In this document: positions 12,501-25,267 of the stretch, piece by piece
Position numbering within the stretch: the stretch's first letter is position 1
Layout: each line of letters starts with the position of its first letter
Assembly: GCA_964016885.1 (NCBI GenBank)
Contig: OZ024745.1
Location: 93,558,001-93,622,000 of the forward strand
DNA from: Eledone cirrhosa
Taxonomy: Eukaryota
Length of the DNA: 64,000 bases
Direction: 5' to 3'
Made by a program: the position numbers and the translations under genes
Notes under the pieces: model-generated
What the model saw: the letters and a program-made list of their open reading frames with translations, nothing else
The model's database searches: none
Told to the model about the DNA's origin: nothing

Positions 12501-15500
12501 TTCATTGTCACTTTTATTGCTAACTACCCTTGTGCATCTGCTACATAAAAATCTTTCTCCTCTTGCAGTCTATCTGTGATTTCACTGCACTTTCTGTATA
12601 GTTCCCTATGTAATTTTCAATTGTTTTTCATTTTGGATTCATGGAAAGTTCTTTCATCACACATCTGTAACATCATCAGTGGTACTATTGTTTCCTCCCC
12701 TTGTATTCACTGATGATGTCACAGGTGTGTGATGAAAGAACTTTGATAGATTATATATATAGATTCATGGAAACATTTATATTTTAGGCTACTGATGAGG
12801 ATCGGGGAATAGATGGAGAAGTGACATATGCTTTAGTTGGAGACAGCCAGTAAGTAAATTGTATTCTCATTGAGATCTAATAAATAATGAAAGTAATTTT
12901 GTATGTATGTAGAAGTTAAAGCGACTTATTTAATGATTCTTTTTTTTTTTTTTCTAATTAACATCTAGCATTACTTTGTATCACAGAGTTAAATATTTGA
13001 CTCAGCTGATAACATTATAAAGTAAAATGAAATACATATATCTATATGTATTTCATTTTACTTTATAATATTATATCTGTCCTGCCCATCTGTCCATTCA
13101 TCTGTCTGCCCATCTGTCCATCCATCTGTCTGCCCATCTGTCCATCCATCCATCTGTCTATTTGTCTGTCCTCTAATTCGTCTATCTGATTGCCCACCCG
13201 TCCATTCATTTCCTTGCACCCTTGTTTCTTAGAATCTCTTACTCTCACAGAGAGTGAGAGATATGGGGGAAGTGTTGTCAGATTTTATAACACATCTTAG
13301 CTGAAATTTGCTTTGTTGCAAGCATTTTGATCAAGCTAATGGCAGGGAATTATCATGGTCTTATAGCACTATACTCACTGGATAATTGTGCTTTCCTCCT
13401 CCTCTTTAATATCCCTAGACGCCAATCTAAATTAGACCAGTGAGATCAAAGCAGTAAATGTTGCTCTTGAATAGTTGTAAGTCTGCAGCTACAAAAACAA
13501 CAAAACATGTGTGGTTAGGTAATTCCAATGAGATGACATTTTGAGGTAGGACTGGGTGAGATGATTAGTGCATGGCCTGGGTGGTAAAAGGAGGGACAAG
13601 TAACAGCAAAGTGTCTGAGTAGAGGTTGCATATAAACTAACCAGCTCCAAGGAAGCAGGGGGTCATTTCTTTTGTAGTAACAAGAGAAAAAAACAATGTG
13701 TGAAGACATTTGTGGGCCAGAGTTTGTGGAATGTCATCTGACCCTGTCAACAATTGTCCTCTTACTAACATGTAAACCACTCATCCAGAAATTGGGGACT
13801 TTATCTATATTAGGAACTTTCTAATTGCCTACTATCTTTATCATTTTACTGAATTCTTTGTTAGTTATACTGGGTCATATTCACAGTTTTATTGAATTTT
13901 TCTTAATCCATTTCTTTTCTGATCCATTTCTTTGTTACTGTGCTGAATGCTTTTATTTCATAATTTCTCCCAACATACTTGAACTTCCATCGATGTCTGT
14001 ATATCACCAAGTGTTGTGTTTTCTCTTTTCAATTAAAAGAAATCTAATGTACTCATAAAAGGTTTTTAGTTTTTCTTGTAAAAGGTTTTGGTATTTGATT
14101 CCAATAACTGCTCACTGTTATCATCTTCTCAGTATTATCACCAGGATGATGAGTCAGATGTACTGAAGAATTGGATTACATTCAATAGATTGAATTATTT
14201 ATATATATCAGAGTTTTGTAGCTTGCTTAAAGCAGTTTTTAATAGGAAATACAAATTTAAATTTTGAAGACCAACACAATGCGTATGGAGAATGTTAAAT
14301 TGCCAAGATAACATTTTCCATATGCATTGTATTGGTCTTCGAAATTTAAATTTGTATTTATATATATATATTTTTTTCTTTTTAAATTCAAATCCTGCTG
14401 AAGTTTTTGCATTTTCTTTGGAGCTGATAAAATATGCTGTAGTCTTGTGATTAATTTGATTACCTATACCACTCCCTTACAATTTTGTGTATACTATCAT
14501 CTTGCAGTGTGTTGTTTTTATATACCTAATTATGAAACCATCATTTTATTTATCTTAATTTTAAAGGATATTATTTTAGAAAAAATTGACTATATTTCCA
14601 GAAGAAATTAAGCAATAAAAGGGTAACATTTATTTACAAAGCATATAAATAAATTTTCTAGAATAACATAACAAATATGTTTTAAATATATACATAAATA
14701 ACATTACAAATGCTTAGGTTATAAATTGCTCACAATTCTTTCAGAAGGATATATTCTTTTAATGTTACAATATTTAAAAAAATGTAAAGGAAGGGGTGAA
14801 CAACCGAGCCAACACCAGAGCAAGAGACAGCAGCGTTGCGAGGAGTACCTCTCTAATGATTTCTGAGGCAAACCAGCACACTCACAGCGTTGCTTCAGGT
14901 GATGGTGAGGCTAATGTGCTGGAACAACCAAGCGCCCTTGCGAGATTCGCCAGTTACCTCTATTAGGCAAGCCGCCAGTGAAGAGAGGAACCTCGCAGTC
15001 AACGGCCTGACTCCCCCAAACGTCTCGAAAGCAACAGGCTGAAAAATGTAGCTGACCGACAGATCAGAGTATTTGAGGGTCTTACTCCACTCGGCTGCGG
15101 AGGCTGTGACTCTCGTCCTAACCGCAGCATCCAGGATGTGGGAAGAAGCAAAAGAGTCACTAAAAGTGACGTCCCAGACAAGGCATCTGCCTCTTGACCA
15201 GCGGCACAGGGTAAGGTTGTCAGGTCTTTTGCCGTCACTTCTGGACAACCCAGATGGTTCCAAGACAGGGGATATTCGCCCGGGCCAAAGCTCTCTTCAG
15301 AATGAGGTTTAGCTCCATGTGACACGCGAAGTGGCCAGCATTCAGGCAGCAAGAAAGACTGTGGAGGCCTGTGGAGTCAAGGAGTTTGCCGCATCGGCAC
15401 CTCAAACCCATGCAGACGTCAGCTCCCACTCTGAAGGCGATGGAGACACGCAGTTCATCCAGGCTGAGTAGGCCACCAACGTTGGCCATGGGTAGGGCAT

Positions 15501-18500
15501 CGACCCAGTCGCCTGAGTATTTGGCGCTGGCAGATAGTAAGCGGCACCTTGCAAACTGATCTGACTGGATGAAGAGGGAGTCGAAGGTGGCCTTCGAACT
15601 TATGCTGTCCCAAGTTCTCTGACTTCGACTGTCCTCCGCCTTTTCAGGAAGAGACTAGCCCAACTCACTCCAATGCTGGAGAGCTTCACCCAGCTCCCTG
15701 TTGGAACTAGTCCATGTTGGAGAGGATGTTGCTCACCAGGGTGGAGGAAAGGAAGCAAGGGAGAGAGAGAGGGACGAACACTTATGAAGACCAAGATCCC
15801 CAAATCGCTTGGGCAACGCAGCCTGATCGCGGACTCTGGAGAGAGTCTAACATTGACCAGGCACTCGAGTCTCTTGAAAACTATGTCGTCGAAGCGTTGG
15901 AGGCAGGATGGAAATTTGTGAGAGGGGCTGATCCTGAGCAGATACAGAAGCTTAGGAATGGACAGGTAGTTCCTGAGTATGAAGAAACCTTGATGGGGTT
16001 CGATAACGTCAATATTCTTCAGCAGCTGCTCAAGGCCAACCATCTTCAATTGGAAGTATTTTTTCTTTAGTTTTTGTTTCTTCTAGTTGGATATACTTGT
16101 CTTTTCTTCCCATTTTTACTTCTCAAACAGTTTTAAAATAAACAACTCAACTGGAATGATATCAGTATCAAATTTGGATTATGAAAAGATAACTTCTTAT
16201 ACTTTAACTGTTGAAGCCACTGATCAAGGCAATAAGAAAGCAACAGCTAGCTTGGAGGTTTCTGTGGAGGATGTTAATGATAATATCCCTATATTCAAAC
16301 CAAAATTTTATGTTGGTCGTCTGAAGGAGGGAAAAGACAAATTTGAGAATGAAGTCATTGTTACAGTAAGTTATTCATTGTCTTTATTGCCCTCTTTTTT
16401 TTATATTCTAGCATAAAATGGTTTTACTGTAAGCCCACATACTTAGAGATTTTATTATGGTCAATGCAGCTTTGCTTTTGATATTTTGCTCAATGGATTT
16501 TTATTGCTGGATTGAACCAAATTGTATTCCTCTCTCTGGTGACATTTTTGTGGTGGGGGAATTGTGGGCTATCGCACATAACCACATCAAAATCACAATA
16601 GCTCATATTTCACTTACCACAAACACCAAAAATCACGAGATAGGGAGACAAATATAATCTGTTTTGCCACTGTGTGGCAAAATAGTACTTCTTCTCATCC
16701 AACTAACACATCCATAAAGACAAACTTAATAAATTATTAATCTGGAATTATATGAAAAAAACAATCATTATAAATACCTTCTATTAAAAAAAATCCTTTA
16801 TTTCATTGTATAACTACAAAATCCTTTATAACAATACAAGCCAAATAGAAATTAGCTGTTGGATGTTCCCTAGGTATATCAATAGAATCTAAATTGAAAA
16901 ATTATAATTTCCATCTTCTGGAGTAAATTTTCCTGTTATTCTTTTGCAATAATGTTTCATACATTTTTTTTTATAACATATTCAAACTCTAATTACCAAG
17001 AAGCTTTGTTCCAGATTTTATTTTAAAATCATTGTAAACCATGAGTCATTACTTTTGTGAATATTTTTTATAAGTATTTTTCTATTGGGTTCTTTCAAAT
17101 GTTTGATACGAAGACCACATTTCTTTTACTGATATATTTTTCTATTCAGGCAACAGATGCTGATAAACCAAACACTGCTAATTCCATTGTGAAATACTCT
17201 TTGGTAAATGTTAGTCAAGGTCTTTTAAGCAACTTTTCCATTGATAATAATGGAAAAATTACTCCAAATTATATAAATGCTGAAGACCTGAGTGAACTCA
17301 ACATCCAGTTAAGCGTTAAAGCTACTGATAGTACTGATAGTGGAAATTCATCTCTTGCTGCTGTTAACATCACAGTATTGGTAAGTAGTAATCTATTAAT
17401 ATAATATATAGTATGTAATCCTCTGCTTGTTTGTCACCTTTGGGACACCAAAAATATTCACTCTGAATTAAATACTGAACTGGTATATTTATATTTATAT
17501 AAATATATGTGTGTGTGTGCAAAGTATGATACTGCATGGTAGAGAAACATGAGCTGTGACTGCAGAGGATGTGCATAGATTGGAGAGAAATGAAGCAGCC
17601 AAGCTCCATTGTGTGCAATGTAAGTATGAGACAGACGAAGAGCTTGGACAAATTGAAGGAGGTTGAAGAGGAATTTGAGGTGGTGTGCTGGAGAGAAGAC
17701 TGCGTTGGTGCCAGGAAATGCCATTGGAAGGAAGTTGCAGTTAAGGAAGACCAAGAAAGACTTGGGCAGAGGTTGTAAAGCTTACCTCAAATCACTGAGA
17801 CTCACAGAGGTGATGACAAAGGATCATGATGTGTGAAGTGATGCCATGCTGAGAGGGACCTGTCCAACCCATGCAAGCATGGAAAAGCAGGTGTAAAAAC
17901 AATGATGATGATATGTGTATGTGTGCATGTATGTGTGCGTGCATGTATATATATAACAGGAAATATATACACACATAACACACCTATAGAAACAGACACA
18001 AGGGATATTCATACATCTGATAACCATACACACTTGTGTTCACCGATTCACCCACATATTTACATGCTATGACTGATACGCACACAAACAACATACAAAG
18101 CAACACATATACACTTTAATGTACCCCCACACTCCAAATACGATGTATGTCACACATCTGATGCTTGCACATATACACACAATCCCAAATCAACACATGT
18201 GTACATACACACATTGAATAGATGCCCCACAACCACACTTCCACACCAGCACCACTCATAAACCTCAGATCCACTGCCATTACTACTGCATACGGGAAAA
18301 CATACTCTTGTCTGCTTCACTCCTCCTCATGAAAAATAATTAAAAAATAATGTACAAAACAATTGTGTACAGTGCTCAGGTGCACTACAACTCATCAACG
18401 ATGCATGTATAGTACATAGAATAATATACAAATGTCAGGGAAGTGAATAGTCTGAGTCATGATATACATGTGTGCGTGTGTATGGAGGGGGAATATTAGG

Positions 18501-21500
18501 TGTAGTGTTGGTGAATCTCGGGAAGCATGGAGGTTTTAAAGGATGCAGTGTCTCAACAGCTAACAACTGATGCAGGGAGTTTGTTCCATGCTTCAGCAAC
18601 TCTGAATGTTAAAAAATGTTTCTGAAAGTCATGGGAGCTGTGCTGTTTTCTGACTTTGTTGGCATGTCCACGCGTGTTAGACACATGGAAATAAAAAAGG
18701 TACTCAGGGTTGTTGTTGGCAAGATGGTTAATCATTTTGTGGGTGTTTAAACACTTTTTTTTTTGCCCCTAAACTCTTCTCTCTCATAAATTATCTCCCA
18801 CTCTCATTGGTTTCAATTTCGTACAAGTGTAACAATTTTTGTAATTTTCCTCTCCTGTTTTCACTGATTTTCATTGCTAACCTCGCATTACATATGTATA
18901 TATGTGTGTATCATCATCATTATCATCACCGTTTAATGTCCATTTTTCCATACTAGCATGGGCTAGATGAGTTGTCCCGTTGTGAGAGAATCCTGAACAG
19001 ATGACCATGTTTGCTCATACTGGACTGATTTTGGCTTGATTTCTAAGGCTTGATGCTCTTTCTAACACCAACCACATTTAGAGAGTGGACTGGGTGGTTT
19101 TTATCATGTAACCTGTGGTTAGAAAAAGCAATCTCACTTACCACTTTTCATAGGCGCCGCTAAATCCCATGGCTGGTTTCTCCTCTTCCACGTGCGTTCA
19201 ACTCATTAACACCCGGGAGCTGCCAAACTCGCGTCCACACCGTTGCTGGTGACCGCTAGAGAGAGGCCAATCTGCTGGCCCTTCCAGTCGAGCACCCTTC
19301 CGGCCAAGCACCCTTCCAGTCGAGCACTCCCCAGCTTCCGGCCACGCACACCACACCATACTCACACTCCCCCATGATCTCAAGGATCAATTTCCCCCTC
19401 GTCATTCTGCATATGAAAGTCTGCTGTCCAGGTTGGTGGTTTGCGACCTCTTTGCGATCTCCGCAGTGTTGGGGCGGCACTTTGGGTTTCCTCTTCTTCG
19501 GAGTCCGTTGACACAGTGATTCTACGGACATCCAGGACATGTCGTGGTACTCCATCCACGGACACATTGTTCTGGGAATTTACGGCCGTCACTGTTCCCC
19601 CTTCCCCATTGAGATGTGCAATGTGCATCTGGGGGCTTAACCCAGACTTCTCGCCCACCTGCACGAATGCATTCTCTCTCCCCACTGGCTGTTGTGGTGG
19701 CGTGCATGGGTGCCGCCACTCGTATCTGAATACTGCTCTGTGTGGCACCGATTCCTCAACCTGTCCCACTGGAGGGGACATGTTGTACCAGAACACTGCC
19801 TCCATTGGTGAGATATCGCCCCGCTCCGCCATTGCCTTGATCGTCCGGTGGTGTCGCTCCACAATTCCATTCCCGCTTGACCTGTGCGCTGCTCTGAAGA
19901 AACGATCCACCTTACATCCATCGAGCATCTCCCTCAGCGCCTTCGAGCGGAACGCTGCGCTGTTGTCCATCAGCAGTTCGTCCACAGGGCCCCACTCCAT
20001 GAACACCTCTCTCAACGTCTGCATGATTTCCTCGGCTGTTCCAGTCTTCATCTCCCTCCATATCGCCATCCGTCCTGGTCCACAGTCGACCATTGAGAGG
20101 TACCTTCCCTGTCGGTAGTGCGTTACATCCACCGCAAATCGCTTCCAGTCGCGATCCACCGGGAGGTTTCCCGTTTCGTGCACACCCGGGGCGGGATCAA
20201 TGGACTGACATCGGACGCAGCCTCTAACCACCCTTTGAACACTATGTCTGTTAACGTCCGTGTCGATTCTCCTGGTTAGGAAAAGGGTCCTATCCACTCC
20301 CATGTGGTGCATGTTATGCAACCCTTTCAGATCCGACTTGGTCAGCCGACACACGGCAGCTATCTCATCTTCTACCTCCTCCGGCGCTTCCATCCAGGCT
20401 TTCTTCACCTTAGTTAAGACGTCCGCCCTATTTTTCTCTGAGGGCACGAAAACTACGCTCAGCCTCAGGTCGAACTCGGTGATCAGCTCTCCTAAAGTTC
20501 CCAGGCGGCGCTTTATCAGCATCTCCGCCGCCCCTCTCGTTCGCACTCTCTTCTCACTGGTAAGCACTGATCTCACCCATCCGAGTACAGTAGCCAGTAC
20601 ACTGCGTCCAGTTCGGCCACATTGATGTGGTTTCAGTCGTCCTTCTTCCTAAGCCAGGCTGCATCCTCGACCTCAGCACCTCCTATCTCCAACGTAACAC
20701 CCAGCGCTATGCTGCTGGCATCGCACCATACAGTCCCGCTCTGCGATTTGGGAACATACCAGTGTCCCGGCACTGGGTCGTCGGCCTTCACCCTCTCCAC
20801 ACGATCTCCTGCATCATGGCCACCGTCCTCTCTCCCACTCTGTCACTCCAAATCACCCCTCCCGCTCGTCTCTTGACATAGCTGCATGCCGTCCGGAGCC
20901 ACCCAGCAATCGGGTAGTGACCCACCAACTTTCCACACACCGAGAAAAGCTCCCACCTACTCATACTTGGGCCCAGTTCTGGAACTTCATTTCCCCTCTG
21001 GAATACCAAGACACCCGACCTGTCTCGCCGTAGCCTAAGTCCCAGCACGGCTCCTCCCTCCAACGCTTCTGACGGCTTCGCAGCCAGTCCATACCCCTGT
21101 AAATGGCTCGTGACCTCCGCCGCCGACACCACAGACTCGTCCACTAGGATGTCATCAGTGTAGGAGTTAGTGGCCCTCTTCATCTTGTTGGCCTTTCCCA
21201 TAATGGTCTTGAGGACCGCCGCTATGATCTTCGGTGCGGAGCTCAGCCCGAAACCGAGCCTGGTCAGGCAATATGTCCGGCCCTTATACCTGACCAGCTG
21301 ATACTGCCAGAGCTTCTCATCTATATGCAATTGCAAGTATGCCGAATTTAGATCTACGATTGCTGAACCTCCCGTCATCCGTCTCCACTCACGCAGGGTT
21401 TCCCCACAAACATCCGTGACCTCGCCACCCGTGTGGCATGAGATGTGCTCGTTCAGTTCCCGAAAGTCCAGCACCGGCCTCACCTTGTTCTTCGTGGGTT

Positions 21501-23028
21501 GCGCCACCGCCATTAACGGCAATACTCCGCACTTCACCTCCTCTTTCCAGGGAAGCAGTATGCCCTTCTCAATCCATCTCTCTACTTCTCGCTCGAACTC
21601 GCTCCTAATGTCTCCCTTCAATGTGTGTTGATAGCAGCCCACTTTGGTCTTCAGTGTTGGTGATTCTCCCTTCCAGTACCACTCAACAACCCATCGCTGC
21701 CCATCGAACACGGCCTTGAAGTCTTTGTCCTGCACAGTGTAAGCGGGGTATTTCTCCTCGTGGGCCTTCTGGTTGTCCTGTCGCGTACTCACAGCGCATA
21801 CCGATGCAGCGCCGCCAAACGACAAACCGACGTTGTTCACTGTGACGCCTCCTAGACGGCCAATTGCGTCCATGCCCATAACCACGCCGATCCCATCCAC
21901 CACGTTGTCAACTACGATGGCAGAAAGCCTTATTTTCCTTCCCCGTACCGCCATCTCCACCTCATTGCGACCTCGGCATTCAATTTTCCTGCCGTCGACT
22001 GCCATTACACTGCTCTTCTCTCTCCACCTCTGCGTCACCCCCGCGGTCACCAGTGTCGTCGTACAGCCCGAGGCTGTAGCTTTCCCCTCACGAAGACTTC
22101 CACCATGGGCAGCGCCTCTACACGTAAGGGGCAACTACCGGCGCAGTAGTTCCCCTCGGATCGTTTTCCTAGTTGCAGTTAGTAGCGATGTGGCCTAGTG
22201 GCTTACACCGGTAGCATATTATTTCCGGCCTTGACTCTCTACAGTCTCTCGCCATGTGCGGGCCCTGGCACCTAAAACAGTGACCTCTAAACGTTCGCGG
22301 GCGACCGTGTGCCGTGATTGCCTCCCTTTCACCATTTCGCTGCCAGCTGTCTTGAGCCTCTGTAGTTGCTATTGCCGCGGCACAATTCTTGGCATCTTCT
22401 GCTATGATACGGGCTTGCTCCACCAGTGAACACATCTCCATTTCTTTGTAACCCGGGACTTGCTGCAGTTTCACCGCTATGTTGTCTGGAAATTCATTTA
22501 TGAACGCCAACCGCACCGTGCGTTCGCATTCCACCTGATATCCAGCCAACATGGCCAATCGCTGTATTTCCGCTGTGAAAATGTCAACGCGTTCACCGTT
22601 CCATCTAATTCTTGCCAGCTTAGCAAAAGCGGCTAACGGTCCCTCTCTGTTTTTCCAGTAGCTTTGTTTTCGAGAAAGTTTTTTTTTTTTTCAATCAGAT
22701 CTCAGTTTCCAGTGCCGAAATAGCTCGTGGTTAGAAAAAGCTATCTCACTTACTGCTTTTCATAGGCGCCTCAAAATCCCATGGCTGGTTTCTCCTCTTC
22801 CACGTGCATCTAACTCATTAACACCCGGGAGCTGCCAAACTCGCGTCCACACCGTTGCTGGTCACCACTAGAGAGAGGCCGATCTGCTGGCCCTTCCGGT
22901 CGAGCACCCTTCCGGTCAAGCACTCTTCCGGTCGAGCACTCCCCAACTTCCGGCCACCGCACACCACACCATACCCACATAACCTACATGACCACTTTAC
23001 AGTGTGGAAAGGGCTTTTTTTTTGTGTG

Positions 23029-23067
<39 letters not shown>

Positions 23068-24117
23068 TCACACATATATATGTATATATATATATATACA
23101 CACATATATATATACACATGTATATGTATATATATAATGAAATATCTATGATTGTCGGCAAATCACTGATGAGGGACTTATTTTATTACATGTTATCCAT
23201 GTGCTACCAGCAGTATTTTTCTCCCCATTTTATTACATATATTTACCCAAACTGCGATTCTGTTTTTCTCTCTCTCTCTTACTGCTCCCCCATTCTCTCT
23301 GTTTCTCCTACTTTCTTTCGCCCCCTCTGTCATGTCAGTTAACTCTTCCTCACACTTCCACTCACTCACTGTTTCTCCTCTCCTCACTTCACCCCGTTCG
23401 CGAAGAAAGCAATTTCTCTCTTTTCTCACATTGCATTCGTTCGTGAAAGGTCTTTTTTCTAAGCGCTCATATATTCACCTAGCTTATGCTAACAGAATAA
23501 CTATGAAGCTTGTCTCCTTCCTTCTACGGTTAGCTCTACTCTTTGTTGTTTTCTTGTCTCACTTGCTTTACGCGTTTTAATTGTCCTAATAACTTAATTT
23601 AGTTATTATTGCACCGACGTGAGGTATATGATTTTTAATGCAATGAAATATCTATGATCGTCGGCAAAACACTGATGAGGGACTTATTTTATTACATGTT
23701 ATCCATGTGCTACCAGCAGTATTTTTCTCCCCATTTTATTATATATATATATATATATATATATTGGAAAATGTGTGAGATCCTTGGTACAGTTAGGTAT
23801 ATTTGAAAAGAAAAGGAAAAGAATGACTTCACTTGTAGTTGTAAATAATTTGATTTAATTATATATTATTATAATATTATGAGTTGGTAGATCTAGTAAG
23901 TTCTTTAACTTCGGTGGGAAGAATTTTAAAGATTCCTGGTTAACATTTCTTGGAGAACTTTCTAGCATTGCATTCATAGGTGGCAATTGTCAAACTAAGA
24001 TCGGGTTATGTTGTGATGTGTGACTCTATATATAAGTGAGATTTGGATGTGTCTGGGGTGTGGTGTTAATGAGTGTGGGAGTGAAGGAGTGTTGATGAAG
24101 ATTTAAAGGATTTAAAG

Positions 24118-24186
<69 letters not shown>

Positions 24187-25228
24187 AGAAAATGGTGAAG
24201 GTTGACATCAAGATAAGAGTGTTTAAGAAAGTGGTTGTAAATAAATCCCCTCCTGCTGGTTCCATTTCAACAGATGACCATTGATGAATATAATGGCAGG
24301 ATGTTTTTCAAATTCGTTTCTTATTGCTGAATCAACTCTTTTTAAATTTATAAAAAATATATTCTACAAATTTCTATATCAAAGATGAATGGTGGTGGTG
24401 GTGGTGGGGGTTTAATGAGGTGTAAGATATGTCTTTTGATAAGAATGGGATGACAGTAAAAAGAAAAATAAGGATAGTTTTGAAATATTTGTCAGAAATA
24501 TATGTTGTTGATATTGGTTTGGGAGGGGGGGGGGGGTGCATGCTAGCTCACATATTCTCTTCCCTATATGTAAATATACATGCAGCCCATATACATTACA
24601 TACATACACACATACACACACGCACAAATACATACACATATATACACACATACACACATATATATATACACATATATATACACACATGCATTCACATATA
24701 TATACATATACATATATACACCTATATATATATATATACACACAACTACATATATATGTGTACATACATACACATACACATAAACATACATATATATATA
24801 TTTATGTAATAAACAACATAAGATGATTATTTCATTTACCAGTGGTTTCTTGAAAGCAAATAAATCTGATTTCAGTCGTCAGAATGAAAAAATCCTAGTG
24901 TTTTTATTGAATGTGGATTTGAAAACAAAAATATTAGAAATATTCATACATATATATATATTGACCTGTTTAGCTGGATTTGGTTTTTGGCTTGGGTGGT
25001 TAATGCCTTCTTGACCACCTTTTCAGTTTTGTATGGCTTCTTAACACATTGTTTAGCTCTGGTTTTAACTATTGAGCACTTTGCCAGTATCATTTCTGAT
25101 TTTTGCGTTTTGCTTTGCCTTTCCTGCCCGCCAAAATGTGATTCTCACTGAATCTTTATTTGTATATATATATAAACATACACACATACACACGCACATA
25201 TATACACATATATTCATAAATACACACC

Positions 25229-25267
<39 letters not shown>

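Larger units (their letters stand above)
19114..22979 (-). mobile_element. Ty3/Gypsy LTR retrotransposon, both LTRs present, defective
   Basis: LTRs 19114-19366 and 22726-22979; TSD taacc at 19109-19113 and 22980-22984; PPT atgggggag next to the 3' LTR; order gag (two Zn knuckles)-PR-RT (YTDD)-RH-IN (HHCC, D-D-E). Confidence 0.95.

Noticed and set aside
19441-22198. + strand ORFs over the Gypsy element
   Set aside because: Antisense shadows of GC-rich pol sequence with no recognisable motifs.
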